From positions 11,904,001 to 11,968,000 of the forward strand of contig NC_043001.1 in NCBI RefSeq assembly GCF_006345805.1: a DNA stretch of 64,000 nucleotides. Direction: 5' to 3'. The DNA is from Octopus sinensis (Eukaryota). Below the pieces are notes generated by a model that was not told where the DNA came from, made no database searches, and saw only the letters and a program-made list of their open reading frames with translations. This document shows, piece after piece, positions 38,095 through 50,388 of the stretch (the stretch's first letter is position 1; each line of letters begins with the position of its first letter). The translations under genes were made by a program, and so were the position numbers.

Positions 38095-38605
38095 CATACA
38101 TACATACATACATACAGTTGTAAGATATCTTACAACTGCTATATGCTTACGCATAAATAATAATTCTTGGTGATCTACACCTCTGCAAAATGTATGTACT
38201 TATAGATGTTTTTTTTTATTTTTCATTTTGTGTTGTGCATCTAATTAATTTATATTATTATCATTATGCTATTATTATTTTTTCCTTTATCATTATTATT
38301 ATTATTATTATTATTATATTATTATTATTATTATTATTATTAATATTGCTGATTATTAACTATATATTAACACTTTTAACTTCTTTCTTCACTATCTTTA
38401 ACATTTTGTTGAGTTTCTGTGGGATACCTTTCTATAAATTCTAATCACACCCCACTTATATGTAATAATAATTTCATATTTGCAAAGATCTTACGCCAGT
38501 AAGCTACCAGCGAAATATGATGAACATTTGTTAGAAATCACCCGTTTCCAACCCTCCAAAGTAAAGGATGAATTAGAACTCAACCTTTTCACATATATGT
38601 TTCTT

Positions 38606-38693
<88 letters not shown>

Positions 38694-38710
38694 ATATAAT
38701 ATATATATAT

Positions 38711-38746
<36 letters not shown>

Positions 38747-38840
38747 AATTAAATTAGAGATTAATCTAACTTTAGAATTTGATTTAATCCTAAATCTAAT
38801 TTTTCCCTGAAAGTTTGGATTTACTCCCTAATATTATAAT

Positions 38841-38879
<39 letters not shown>

Positions 38880-38880
38880 T

Positions 38881-39440
38881 GCATCACTTTATTGGTTAAA
38901 TCTGGAAAAGATTTTCTTACTAGAAAGGGTATGGCCTGGTCAACCTGTAATGATATGCATAAGATCTGTCATCAAATCTAAGTAGAAACTTCAGACTTGA
39001 AATCTTCAAAGGCACAATCGAACCAATTGTACTATATGGCTCAGAAACCTGGACTTTATCAAATAAGATTGAGAGGCAGTTAGATGGAACCTACACTCGC
39101 CTCCTTACGAGAGCTCAAAGTCTCTCGTGGAAGCATCATCCAACCAAAAATGCAAATATATGGGAAACTACCACCTGTGTTATCTCTTGTGAAATGTAGG
39201 AGAGTCCAGTTTGCTAGACATTGTTGTAGAGCTGAAAACGAGGCAATTTCTCCTCTTCTCCCCTGGAAGCCATCTACTCGCCATACCAGAGGGCGCACAC
39301 TCTCCTACCCTGATGTAATCTCCAGGGATACAGGCATCCAGCAACAGGACCTCCGTAATGCTATGATGGACCGTGAAGTCTGGCGTAGCATGGTAAATTC
39401 CATTGTCTCGACCACGGTCGAACAATGATGATGATGATGA
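38881..39440 (+). mobile_element. RTE-clade LINE 3' fragment with (TGA)n tail
   Basis: LYGSETWTL..IERQLDGTYTRLL, RRVQFARHCCRAENE, AMMDREVWRSMV. Confidence 0.88.
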
Positions 39441-40919
39441 TTGCTTAAATTGAAATGCGCAAAGTTATAAATATCTCCACTTCTATTTCCTTTGAAATCA
39501 GGATTTTGTTCATTTGTTCTTTTGCAACGCCAGTGTTTTTGTAATATCGAATAGTTACACATTTTGTTATATTGAAATCATTGTACCATATATTTGTGAA
39601 ATCATTAACAATGTAAAGGTTGCAGTGTGTTACCTCACTGATATATTAAATGTCACCGAACAAAATAAAAATGTTCGGGGATATACTTCATTCATTGATG
39701 AATTTTGGTTTTGTTTGAGTATACTTTGATGATTGTATTTATATTTGCGATGTACCAACATATTATATTCGAGCCTATGCATATGATGATAAGTATATCA
39801 CCATGGCACGTTTAGATTTTGTAGCTACCTGCCACACCAGTGAACGTTTTATTCATCGTTTACTAAAATACGAGGCAAGGAGACGTCATTGAAGAGGCCA
39901 AAAGCGGTCAAAATACACTTGGTGTTCTTGCTGGTGGAAGTTTTCATATCGTTACCAAAGTCGTATTTTTACGTTCATAGATGCCTTCTCAGAAAACACC
40001 CCGTTAAAATCCCATCACTGCTCTATGTATTTATACATTAAGTTTGGTACATTCATGGCTATTTCAATTTAAAACCAAGTGAATAGCGTTTATTGGATTA
40101 TTTATGTACACTCGTTCCGTGAGAAATATCTATCTCTTTCTCAATTGTATCGGTTTAATGATATTACTTTTCTGCCTTATCCGATTGCTATAAATGGTTG
40201 GGATGATATCAAGACATCTTATTATTTTTAGATTCGATTAACTTTCACTTTACACCTCATGTTCATCTCAATAGTAATTTTATATCATATATGTATCCGC
40301 AACGGTAATTAGATTTTCTTATTTCAAAAACCTTCGTAATGAAATGATGTTCATAACACATTCAGCTAAATTAAATTTATTTAGTTACCACAATAAATAA
40401 TTACGTGATTAATATTATGTAATTTGCAAAGCATCGACTGGGTTATTGAAACGGCTTCAGGTGTTGAAATACGAATGAAAATTTTGGGTGCTATACATTG
40501 GAATATATTTACTTTCACTTCAATCAATCAATTTTACATTTAAACGTCATGTATCACAAAAGGGTATGCAGTTAAACCTTATGTTCATGTAATTTGTATT
40601 TTGTTTTTGTTTATTCTTATTTTGTTCATGTGTTTACATCCACTTATTATTATCATTACATATGCTTGTATGTATGTATGTATGTATGTATGTATAACAA
40701 CAATACTAGTAATAATAATAATAAATCAAATCGAAAATACATATACAATAATTTAGCAATTTCGTTTGATTTACAATATTAAATTTCTAATCTATATTCA
40801 GTTATTGAATAGCGGCCATGTTGGGGCAGCATCTTGAAAGATTTAGTCAAGAATATCAACCACACTACTTGTTTTTTAAAGTATGGTACTTATTCTAACG
40901 TTCACATTTGGCCAAATGC

Positions 40920-42745
40920 TATGTTATTTTGAAGGGGGTAAAGCATCCTGGTTATTCCTTGAACGAAGGTTGCGTTGTAATAGCTAGAATCTGTGCCCTG
41001 ACAAACGAATAAATTGCAGCTGTCTGAAATGCACGGGTGGCGGAGGCGCAACTTATCAACAAAGCCACCATTCGGTTTTTGAACAGGGTCACAAATAACT
41101 CGAGCCCGAAATGATGTGTGAGGCCTTGCGGTAACACTTTGCCCGAATGTTCGGGACGAATGATGGGTCAAAACGCAGAGTGGATTTTAATGCCTACCTG
41201 CATGGCTTGCCACGGCATTCGGCAAGAGAGGCGGAGTGTTTCGAATGTCTCATTACAGCCGCTGATGTACGGAATGCGATGGCAGGCTGCGCGAAATACA
41301 AGTCGTTGGGCTTGGATAGTCTGCCCTACGAGCTTTATTTTCATATGCCAGACTTGTTTGGAGACGTCTTGGCAACGGTCTACTGCAACTGGAAGCAAAA
41401 ACGGGAGTTTGTGAGCCGAGGAGCGATGACCCTGTAAAAGAAGGTCACAAGAAACAAGACAAGGGAAACGTTGTAGATAATGTGAAAATTTTGGGCAAGT
41501 TTGCTGGCCGAGCGCTTGGCGCATGGCATCGAGAAACTAGTCGATAAGGCGCTAATGTGCATTGTGACCAGGCAGAAGAATCCATGACAAGCTCCATTGC
41601 ATGCGCTACATCATAGACAGGATAGTTAAGGAACTTGACTTAGGTGAGGCGCTGATCAACCAAAAGCTTTCGTTAGGGTCGATCATCACTACTTGGAAGC
41701 TGTCCTTAGGAGAGCTGATTTCAGTCAAATCTTCCGCGGTCGGATCGCTGCTTTGTAGAGCGGCATCAGCTCGGTAGTTCGCGTAAATGGTTATCTATCT
41801 AGACCATTTATCCCCACGCATTCGGTCCCTCAAGGATACCGCCACTTGTCACTTCTGTATCTATTGTCTCTAGCAACATTACTGGAGAATCTAGCGACGC
41901 TTAGGGGCATCTCGCGAGAACTGGGATACGAAAGGAATGTGTCTGCATACGCGGACGATGTCATCTTCATAGTGTCAAGCCACAGGCTTATTGCCCTGGT
42001 CACCGGGATATTAAAATAACAGGAGCGGTAAAAGGAGCGAAAATTAACCGGGAAAAAACGGAAGCAACCCATGCCGTCCAACAGCATCTCCATCGCGGGA
42101 AACTGGGCCAACAAACCGGTTAAATTACTCGGAGTCTAGTTAGGTCCAGACCTCCAAATGGGGAATAAGTGGGGCGAGATAACGAGTAGGTTGGCTACTC
42201 TCACCCAGAAATTGGCCGAGAGGAAACTATTTCTAATAGGTCGGGCTGAGGTGGCGAATGCGTACATCACATTCGTCATCAACTGCCGTTTGATAATCAT
42301 GTTCTGTCCCGACCCTACCATCACGAAACTGGAACGCATACTCTTCCGCTTTTTGTGGAAGGGAAGCGTTCCAATGGTCAGGCATATCCATTTGGCACTA
42401 ACAACCGCTAATTGGAGGGCTGGGTATGCTATGGTTGATGATGCACTATCATGTGCTGAGACTGCGACATCTCCAACGTTTCATAGACGACAGTGGACAG
42501 GTGCGGTCGCCGTTTGGGAGATGCGCCTTCCCGCAGCTCGCCCTATTGACCAAATGCAATCATAGTTAAAGTAGAGACCAAGGCTGGGCGAATGGTGCCG
42601 CGAGTGTCGCCATGCTCTCCAACAGCTCTGCCGTCCAGCATCAAACTTGTTTGACTTCAATTCCACTAAGATGTCTTATAGAGGATTAGTGGTGGGGAGG
42701 TGCGACAAACTTCTTGGGGAGATATATGGGCATCGGCGGGGCTGA
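40920..42745 (+). mobile_element. Tx1-clade ORF2 pseudogene (RT domain)
   Basis: KSLGLDSLPYELY, FDHHYLEAVL, SVPQG, VSAYADDV at 41948-41959, GRAEVANAYI, FLWKGSVP; frameshifts and stops. Confidence 0.92.
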
Positions 42746-42818
42746 TATATATTTATAAAGATGTACAGAGGGAGACTTCCACGAGACTATCAGAATGCCT
42801 ATTGGGTCCAAAACAACA

Positions 42819-43026
42819 TACTCTTTTACTTGTTTCAGTCATTTGGACTGCGGCCATGCTGGAGCACCGCCTTTAATTGAGCAACTCGACCCCGGGACTT
42901 ATTCTTTTTGTAAGCTCAGTACTTATTCTATCGGTCTCTTTTGCCGAACCGCTAAGTAACGGGGACATAAACACACCAGCATCGGTTGTCAAGCAATGCT
43001 AGGGGGACAAACGAGACACACAAACC

Positions 43027-43100
<74 letters not shown>

Positions 43101-43128
43101 TACGACGGGCTTCTTTCAGTTTCCGTCT
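42819..43128 (-). mobile_element. SINE family B, 5'-truncated
   Basis: Tail and internal segment match other B copies. Confidence 0.88.
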
Positions 43129-43705
43129 TTCAGTTTGCGTTCAAACTTTACATGTAAGAAAGTTTATTTGCGGGTGCGGAGGTATACATGTGTATGTATA
43201 TATGCATTAGTCTGTGTGTGTGTGTGTGTGTGCGTAGGTGTGTATGTGTTTCTATAATATTAGATATATTTTGTTCGGAGTTGTAAGTTTCTTCTTTGCA
43301 CCAAACCTACCTATTCGTTCCACGTCATCTTCCTGTCGAGAAGGACACTAGCGTCATGTGCACTTAGAAGCTAGAAAGAGAAGGGGGGTTTCAACTTTTC
43401 TCTTTCTTCATAACTTCTGCGAAACATCAGAGACACTGACGTTATGCATTTCCTATTTAACCTTTCATATTGTTACTGTCATCAGAAAATACATACAAAT
43501 ATATATATATATATATATATATATGCTCTTAAGGTAATTTTTTGGTAAACAACCATAAAACTCAAGATACACAACGAACTCACAATGTATCGGAGAACTT
43601 ATTTTTTAATTTTTGTACATTTTTATCATTATTCTTTTACAAAAAACAAAGCAATTTTCTTTTTTTCCCCTTTCTAATTTTTAAAATAACTTCTTAAAAC
43701 ATAAA

Positions 43706-43746
43706 TATTCTTGACAAGTCATACAATGACGAAAACCGGTTGAATA
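43706..43746 (+). ncRNA. type-I HHR, U3-A8 core, one extra A, in (TA)n-flanked element 43524-43888
   Basis: UAUUC-UUGACAA-GUCA-uacaa-UGAC-GAAA-(A)CCGG-UU-GAAUA. Confidence 0.65.
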
Positions 43747-43887
43747 AATATATATTTATATATTTTATCATTTTCTCATTTTATTAAAATTTTCTTTCAT
43801 TTGAGCATTCTGCATTTAAAAAAAAAAAATTTTTTCCTTACTTATCATTTCTCCACGTGCGGTCAACACAACCCCACCATTTATTGA

Positions 43888-43931
<44 letters not shown>

Positions 43932-44037
43932 TATATATATATATACATACATATTATATATATATATATATACATACATATATATATATATATATAACAT
44001 ACATATATATATATATATATAATACATATATATATAT

Positions 44038-44083
<46 letters not shown>

Positions 44084-44544
44084 ATACATATATATATACA
44101 TACATATATATATACATATATATACATACATATATATATATACATACATATATATATAATATATATATATATAGGAATACACACACATGAATGTGTGTGC
44201 GTGTGTACGGGTGTCTATGTATGTGTATGAATATATGCATCATGTGTGTGTGTGTGTGTATGTGTGCAAGCTTGCAGTAGATGTTCCATGATTTCATTTA
44301 ATGGTTTTGGAATATTAAAAAAGTTCTGCTGCAAGATGTTCCTGCAGTGTATGTTAGAGAACGAATGAAAAAAAAATGTAAAATGGAAAATGGCGAAAAC
44401 ATTTATTATCGAAAGAAAGAAGGCGGTTATTTAAAATTTGACTGTAAACATACACAGGCATCGGAAAGTGTTTGAGGACATGTGAGGCAACAGAATAATA
44501 ATAATAATAACAATAATAGTATTAATAATAATAGTGCTGTTTAT

Positions 44545-44692
44545 CTCGATATGAGATCACCATGTCGTGCACATATGGTTGTGATGCATGTACCTGGTGT
44601 ACCCTTATCAGACGGGTAGTCATGATGGGTATATTGGGCTTCGTATATTTTACCCCAGTGTCACTTTGATCGCATGAACTGCTCTCTCACTC
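44545..44692 (+). mobile_element. family E, 3' part, between (AAT)n tracts
   Basis: Homologous to 9905-10054. Confidence 0.85.
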
Positions 44693-44726
<34 letters not shown>

Positions 44727-45600
44727 GCGCCAACTGCTACTGCAAGGAAAATAAAAATAATTGCAAAGACATTAGCGCATGAAAAAGTGGCTAGCAGATG
44801 GGAACAGAAACCTCTGCATGGCAAGTATGTGGCTCGTAGCAAATCAGTTGATGTCGACCAGAAACACACGCCATAATGGTTACGGAGCTCAGGGCTAAAA
44901 TCAGAGAGTGAAAGTTTCATATTAGCTGCTCAAGACCAAAGCTTATTAACCCGGAAGTACCAAGCCAATGTGATAAAAAATGGAGCTGACCCAAAATGCC
45001 GATTCTGTAACGATGAGAGTGAAACTATATACCACCTAATCTCAGGGTGTAGAGTCTTAGCACCTGCAGAATATAAAGCAAGACATGACAGAGTCGGCCA
45101 TTATTTACACTGGACAATATGTCGGTATTATAAAATCAAAACCGCTGACAAATGGTATAAACACCATCTTTAAGCTGTGACTGAGTGAGAAAATGTGTCG
45201 ATTCTATGGGACTTCTCCGTACATACCGACAAAACTATAAAATCTAATAAACCAGATATTATTATAAAAGATCAGACAAAAAAGATGTGTTTATTAATTG
45301 ACATGAGTATTCCTTATGATCACAATAGAGCGGCGAAAGAATTTGACAAGATCAGTAAATATAAAGACTTGCTAATAGAAATTGAAAAAAATGTGGCATC
45401 TCAAGGCGACTACGGTACCAGTGATTGCAGGATCTCAAGGAATGGTAAATAAAAAAAGGTACTGAAACCTATTTGAAAATGATACCAGTCTTACCATCAC
45501 TACAGGAAGGGCAAAAAATCGTATTAACTGGAACTGCTCATGTACTGAGAAGAGCACTATCGCTGTGAAAATAACATCCATTCGTGGATTTATTTATTTA
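44727..45600 (+). mobile_element. R4/Dong-clade LINE 3' fragment (CCHC plus restriction-like endonuclease)
   Basis: WEQKPLHGKY, AAQDQSL, CRFC..ETIYHLISGC, RHDRVG, KPDIIIKD..LIDMSIP, LTGTAHVLRRAL; begins inside (AAT)n. Confidence 0.92.
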
Positions 45601-45734
45601 TTAATTCTTTTATATACACATTTTACCTGTGAATTTGCGTGTGTAATCTGGGAATGCATACAATGAGCTTCTCTGCCCTAGGTGTACGGAAAACAGTCGG
45701 CGAGAAACGGAAGAAAATTTGAAGAAAGAACAAA

Positions 45735-46031
45735 AATAATAATAAATTCTTTTATTAGCCACAAGGGCTGACATGCGAAATATTGAACGACATACAACAT
45801 AAAAGACCAAAAAAAGACATAAAAGACAAAAACAGGATGTGTACACAATATAAATAAACTTCCAATAGGGGAGGCGCTTTAAGGTCTTCGTGGAAAAACG
45901 CACAAAAGCCACAGGTGCCTGAACAACTAGGCAAGAGCATTTCTGTTTTTTTTTATGGGAACACGCTCAGAATTGATCCTTTCACACTGGCCATTCTTCC
46001 ACAATTCAACCACATTTCAACAAACTTGCTA
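45735..46031 (-). mobile_element. probable Tx1-clade 3' end and UTR with (ATT)n tail
   Basis: SKFVEMWLNCGRMASVKGSILSVFP-stop, T-rich UTR, ends tcagcccttgtggctaataaaagaattt. Confidence 0.6.
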
Positions 46032-46048
46032 CAATAATAATAATAATA

Positions 46049-46084
<36 letters not shown>

Positions 46085-46085
<1 letters not shown>

Positions 46086-46781
46086 GAAACGATAGACCAT
46101 CTCGTTTCGGGATGTCCTGTGCTGACACCAAACGAATACAAAAATCGCCACGATAGGGTAGGACAGTATATACATTGGAAGATATGTAAACACTACAAAT
46201 CCGACACTCCTGCTAACTGGTATGAACACCATCCTCAGCCAGTTGTTGAAGGTAAAGATGTCACCATCCTCTGGGATTTTCCAGTCAACACTGACAGAAC
46301 GATCAAGGCTAATCGACCAGACATAATTGTGAAAGACAGGGAAGAAAATACCTGCAGACTAATAGAAGTAAGCGTCCCCACTGATAAAAATGTATCTGTC
46401 AAGGATTTGACAAACTTAGTAAATATAAGGACCTGGAAATCGAAATACAGAGGATGTGGAATCTTAAAACAAAAACTGTTCCTGTTATTGTAGGTGCCCT
46501 GGGTATGATAAAAAAGGGATGTCAGAAACACCTAGACAATATCCCTGGAAAACCATGTCTCAAGGAAATCCAAAAGATTGTGCTAACAAGTACTGCCCAC
46601 ATCCTTAGAAAAACCCTATCAATGTAAATGTTTGTGTTTGCATTACATGGAGATATATCTCTACTTCCCCTCCCCAAGCTTTCAGCTATATTTCATCAAC
46701 TCTTAACCTTCACTTGCCCTAGGGCGCTGGGTGTGCCCCGGCAGGTGATTGCATCAAACATGCAGATTAAAAGTAAATGAC
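46085..46781 (+). mobile_element. second R4/Dong-clade 3' fragment, (AAT)n on both sides
   Basis: ETIDHLVSGC, RHDRVG, ILWDF, NRPDIIVKD..LIEVSVP, VPVIVGALG, TAHILRKTL. Confidence 0.92.
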
Positions 46782-46814
<33 letters not shown>

Positions 46815-47577
46815 CATTCACAGAGTTCTTCAAACACGATCAATAAATGAGGTTGAACTTACTCTACTGAGAGCAGCCGAGCCTTTCCATTATACCAAGG
46901 AAAATAAAGCTGAGAGTTTTAATGATTTCGTATGTTTATAGGTATATCTGTCTGGCTATCTGTATATTTCCGTATATATGCGTATGTGCAGATTGACAAT
47001 GCTTTCGTTTGGGTATGTTCGTATGTGTTTATGGATGTTTTCAGATATGTGTGTATGTACGTGTGTGTATATAAGTTTGTGTAGAAATTTGTTGGACTAC
47101 ATAAACACAATATAAAATGTTAATATATGTAAATGTACGCCGTAGACATAATTAAATGGCGAATTTATCTTTTTCTCTGTAAATTGAAAAAAAATGTTTT
47201 ACAGCCTTAATTCATTGTCGACCATTAATGGGGGTCTCAGCCAAGTTGTCTCCATCATTTGACCAATCTTAGAGATACAAGAAACCAAACCGTATACATG
47301 CATATCAAATGAAATTGCTGCAGATGGCTGGAGCCACCAATTTGCATGCTATAAGTATTCAATACTCTATTTTACTTTGTGTATTATCAGAGGCCTGTCA
47401 ACGAGAATTCAATCCGCTCGGTATTAAGCTATGATGCATAATGTAAGGAAGCTCGTATATTTTATGCATATAAGTATATGTGCTAAAGTAACAGAAAAAC
47501 ACTAGGCCAGAACACAGGGACGCAAGTCAGCGGAGAACATCCGGTGCAACAGTAAGAGGAACAAGTAGCAGCTTCCG

Positions 47578-47763
47578 TGGAGGCGCAATGGCACAGTGGT
47601 TAAGGTAGCGGACTCGCGGTCGTAAGAACGCGATTTCGATTCCCAGTCCGGGCATTGTGAGTGTTTATTGAGCAAAAACCCCTAAGCTCCACGAGACTCA
47701 GGCGGGTGTGATGGTGAACCCCGCTGTACTCTTTCACCACAACTTTCTCTCACTCTTTCTTCC
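47578..47763 (+). mobile_element. SINE family C, 3'-truncated
   Basis: ggaggcgcaatggcacagtggttaagg head. Confidence 0.85.
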
Positions 47764-48069
47764 AACTTCACCACAAAGCAGAGGAACCATGGTGTAACCC
47801 ATTATGGTGTGGTAAACTTTCAACCTCTAGTCTAGATTGAGAATCCTCTGTACCCCAGGATGGTTCGGCTCTCCACCCGTTAAAAGCCACCGTTTACGGT
47901 ATGAGGATAACAACGTAGCTTTCGCGCCCGTGCAACCGCCAGTCAATCGCGTGTGGTGGGTGGATCTTCAAGTTGCCACACGCATTCTTAGTAGCTTAGA
48001 GTAGGCTCGGATTAGAGATTTATTCTTTGTGGCTAATGGCATGAGTCCTGATTTGAAGAAGAAGAAGAA

Positions 48070-48116
<47 letters not shown>

Positions 48117-48529
48117 AGAAGAAGAAAAAGAAGACACCAGTTTCAAAAGTACCATCAGGTAAAGTACCTCGAATAGCAAGGGAAGACTGGTTGTGGACGA
48201 TTTTACAAATAACCAACCAATCTTTTAAAAGTAGCAACTCCTCATCACATATGACGTGTGTACGGCATTTTAAATATGGCAGGGACCAGTCCTCACCAGG
48301 GCGTAATAGAGACAGTTTCTCGTAGTAGAAAAATACTTTTGGTCCCCGAGAGGATGAAATAGTTGACGTTGGGCGGATTTGAACGCAAGGCACATAGCGA
48401 TGTAAAGAAGAACAAAAGGAATTGAATCTAAAAAGCTGAATCATATCTGTGTTCGTGCGTGAATGTATACGTGTGTATATCTAATGGCTGCATTCGTTGT
48501 GTGAAGGTTCAATGTTTTTATAATTTAAA

Positions 48530-49331
48530 GCCGGTGAGCTGGCAGAATCGTTAGCACGCCGGGTGAAATGCGTACCCGTATTTCGTCCGCCGTTACGTTC
48601 TGAGTTCAAATTCCGCCGAGGTCGACTTTGCCTTCCATCCTTTCGGGGTCGATAAATCAATTACCAGTTACGCACTGGGGTTGATATAATCGATTTAATC
48701 CCTTTGTCTGTCCTTGTTTGTCCCCGCTGTGTTTAGCCCCTTGTGGGAAGTAAAGAAATAGGTATTTCGTCTGCCGTTACGTTATGAGTTCAAATTCCAC
48801 CGAGGTCGACTTTGCCTTTCATCCTTTTGGAGTCTATTAAATAAGTACCAGTTATGCACTGGGGTCGATATAATCGACTTAATCCGTTTGTTTGTCCTTG
48901 TTTGTCCTCCCTGTGTTTATCCCCTTGTTGGTAGTAAAGAAATAGGCATTTCGTCTGCCATTACGTTCTGAGTACAAATTTCGCCGAGGTCGACTTTGGC
49001 TTTCATCCTTTAGAGGTCGATTAAATATGTACCAGTCACGTACTTGTGTCAATGTAATCGACTTAATCCTTTTGTCTGCCCTTGTTTCCCCCTCTATGTT
49101 TAGCCTCTTGTGGGCAATAAAGAAATTAGAAACTTTAGCACGCCGGGTGAAATGCTTAGTCGTATTTCGTCTGTCTTTACGTTCTGTGTTCGAATTCGGC
49201 CGAGTTCGAATTTGCCTTTCTTTCTTTAGGGCTCGATAAATTAAGTAATATTTGCGCACCAGGGTCGATCTAATCAACTGTCCCCCTCCCTAAAGCATTC
49301 AGGCCTTGTGCCTAGAATAGAAAAGAATATT
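48530..49331 (+). mobile_element. SINE family A multimer (four body units, period 184 bp)
   Basis: tatttcgtc junction at 48579, 48763, 48947; fourth unit re-enters within the head. Confidence 0.9.
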
Positions 49332-50276
49332 TTTATAATTGAACTATTAAGAACGAAAACATCTATTTCACTTGACAAAAACTTCAAATGTTAATGTTTT
49401 TATATTGCAGAGACTGTACAAACTATAACATAACATTCAAGCAATTTAGCTTTAAAACACGAGGGAAAGATAAGTTACATGCATATCTGAAGATACTACT
49501 AGAACACTTCCAGCTCGTAAGTTTACAAGTTTCTTTATGAGAAACCTGTCACATTTAAACATTCAAAACAACTCTAATAAGCATACATCTCCCACGATTT
49601 ATGATAGGTAATTTAGTATTTCTTCGCAATTTATATCTGCAATTTATGCATTTCCATATTTATTACATTCATATTGGCTCTTGTTTGAATCACATATCAT
49701 ATCAGCCCAATTCTCAAATCACAAATGTCTAACATTTTCACTTATAATGCTATACGGTATCCATTTACACACAGATCTGTTTTATGGTTCCAGCGATGTA
49801 TCAATATCTATATATACGAGACAGACTGACATTACAAATGCAATTATGAATAATAACTATGTGTCAGCGATACAGAATTTCTGTGTATGCTATACGTATC
49901 AGTTCAAAGCAATGCAATAGAATTGGATATGAAACATATTTTATTAAAAACAATTAAATCAATAAGATAATTTAACAACTCTAGAGAGAAGGACAGAATG
50001 GTCTGTATATTTGCACCTGTACTCTTTCAGAAGAAACAGGAGCTTCGAATAAATTGAACAGCGAAACACTACAATAGGAATTACAAGATGTGAACTGCAG
50101 GAAATGAATTATAAATTACAGAGAATGCTAGGAAATTGCATATGTTCTGGTCAGTGTACGGTCAACGCAGTTCACATTATAAAAATGAATAGAATTATCA
50201 TGCGTGTGGTTAGTATTTCTTTATGTATCGCAGAATAAAGTTTTTACGAACTCGGATACTGAAAAGCCGTCCACAT

Positions 50277-50372
50277 TAAACCTCGGCGGAATTTGAACTC
50301 AGAACGTAGCGACGGGCAAAATACTGCTCAGTATTTCCTCCAGCGTGCTAACGATTCTGCCAACTCGCCGCC
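50277..50372 (-). mobile_element. SINE family A head fragment
   Basis: cctcggcggaatttgaactcagaacg...ctgccaactcgccgcc. Confidence 0.8.
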
Positions 50373-50388
50373 TTTATAGATAGAACTA

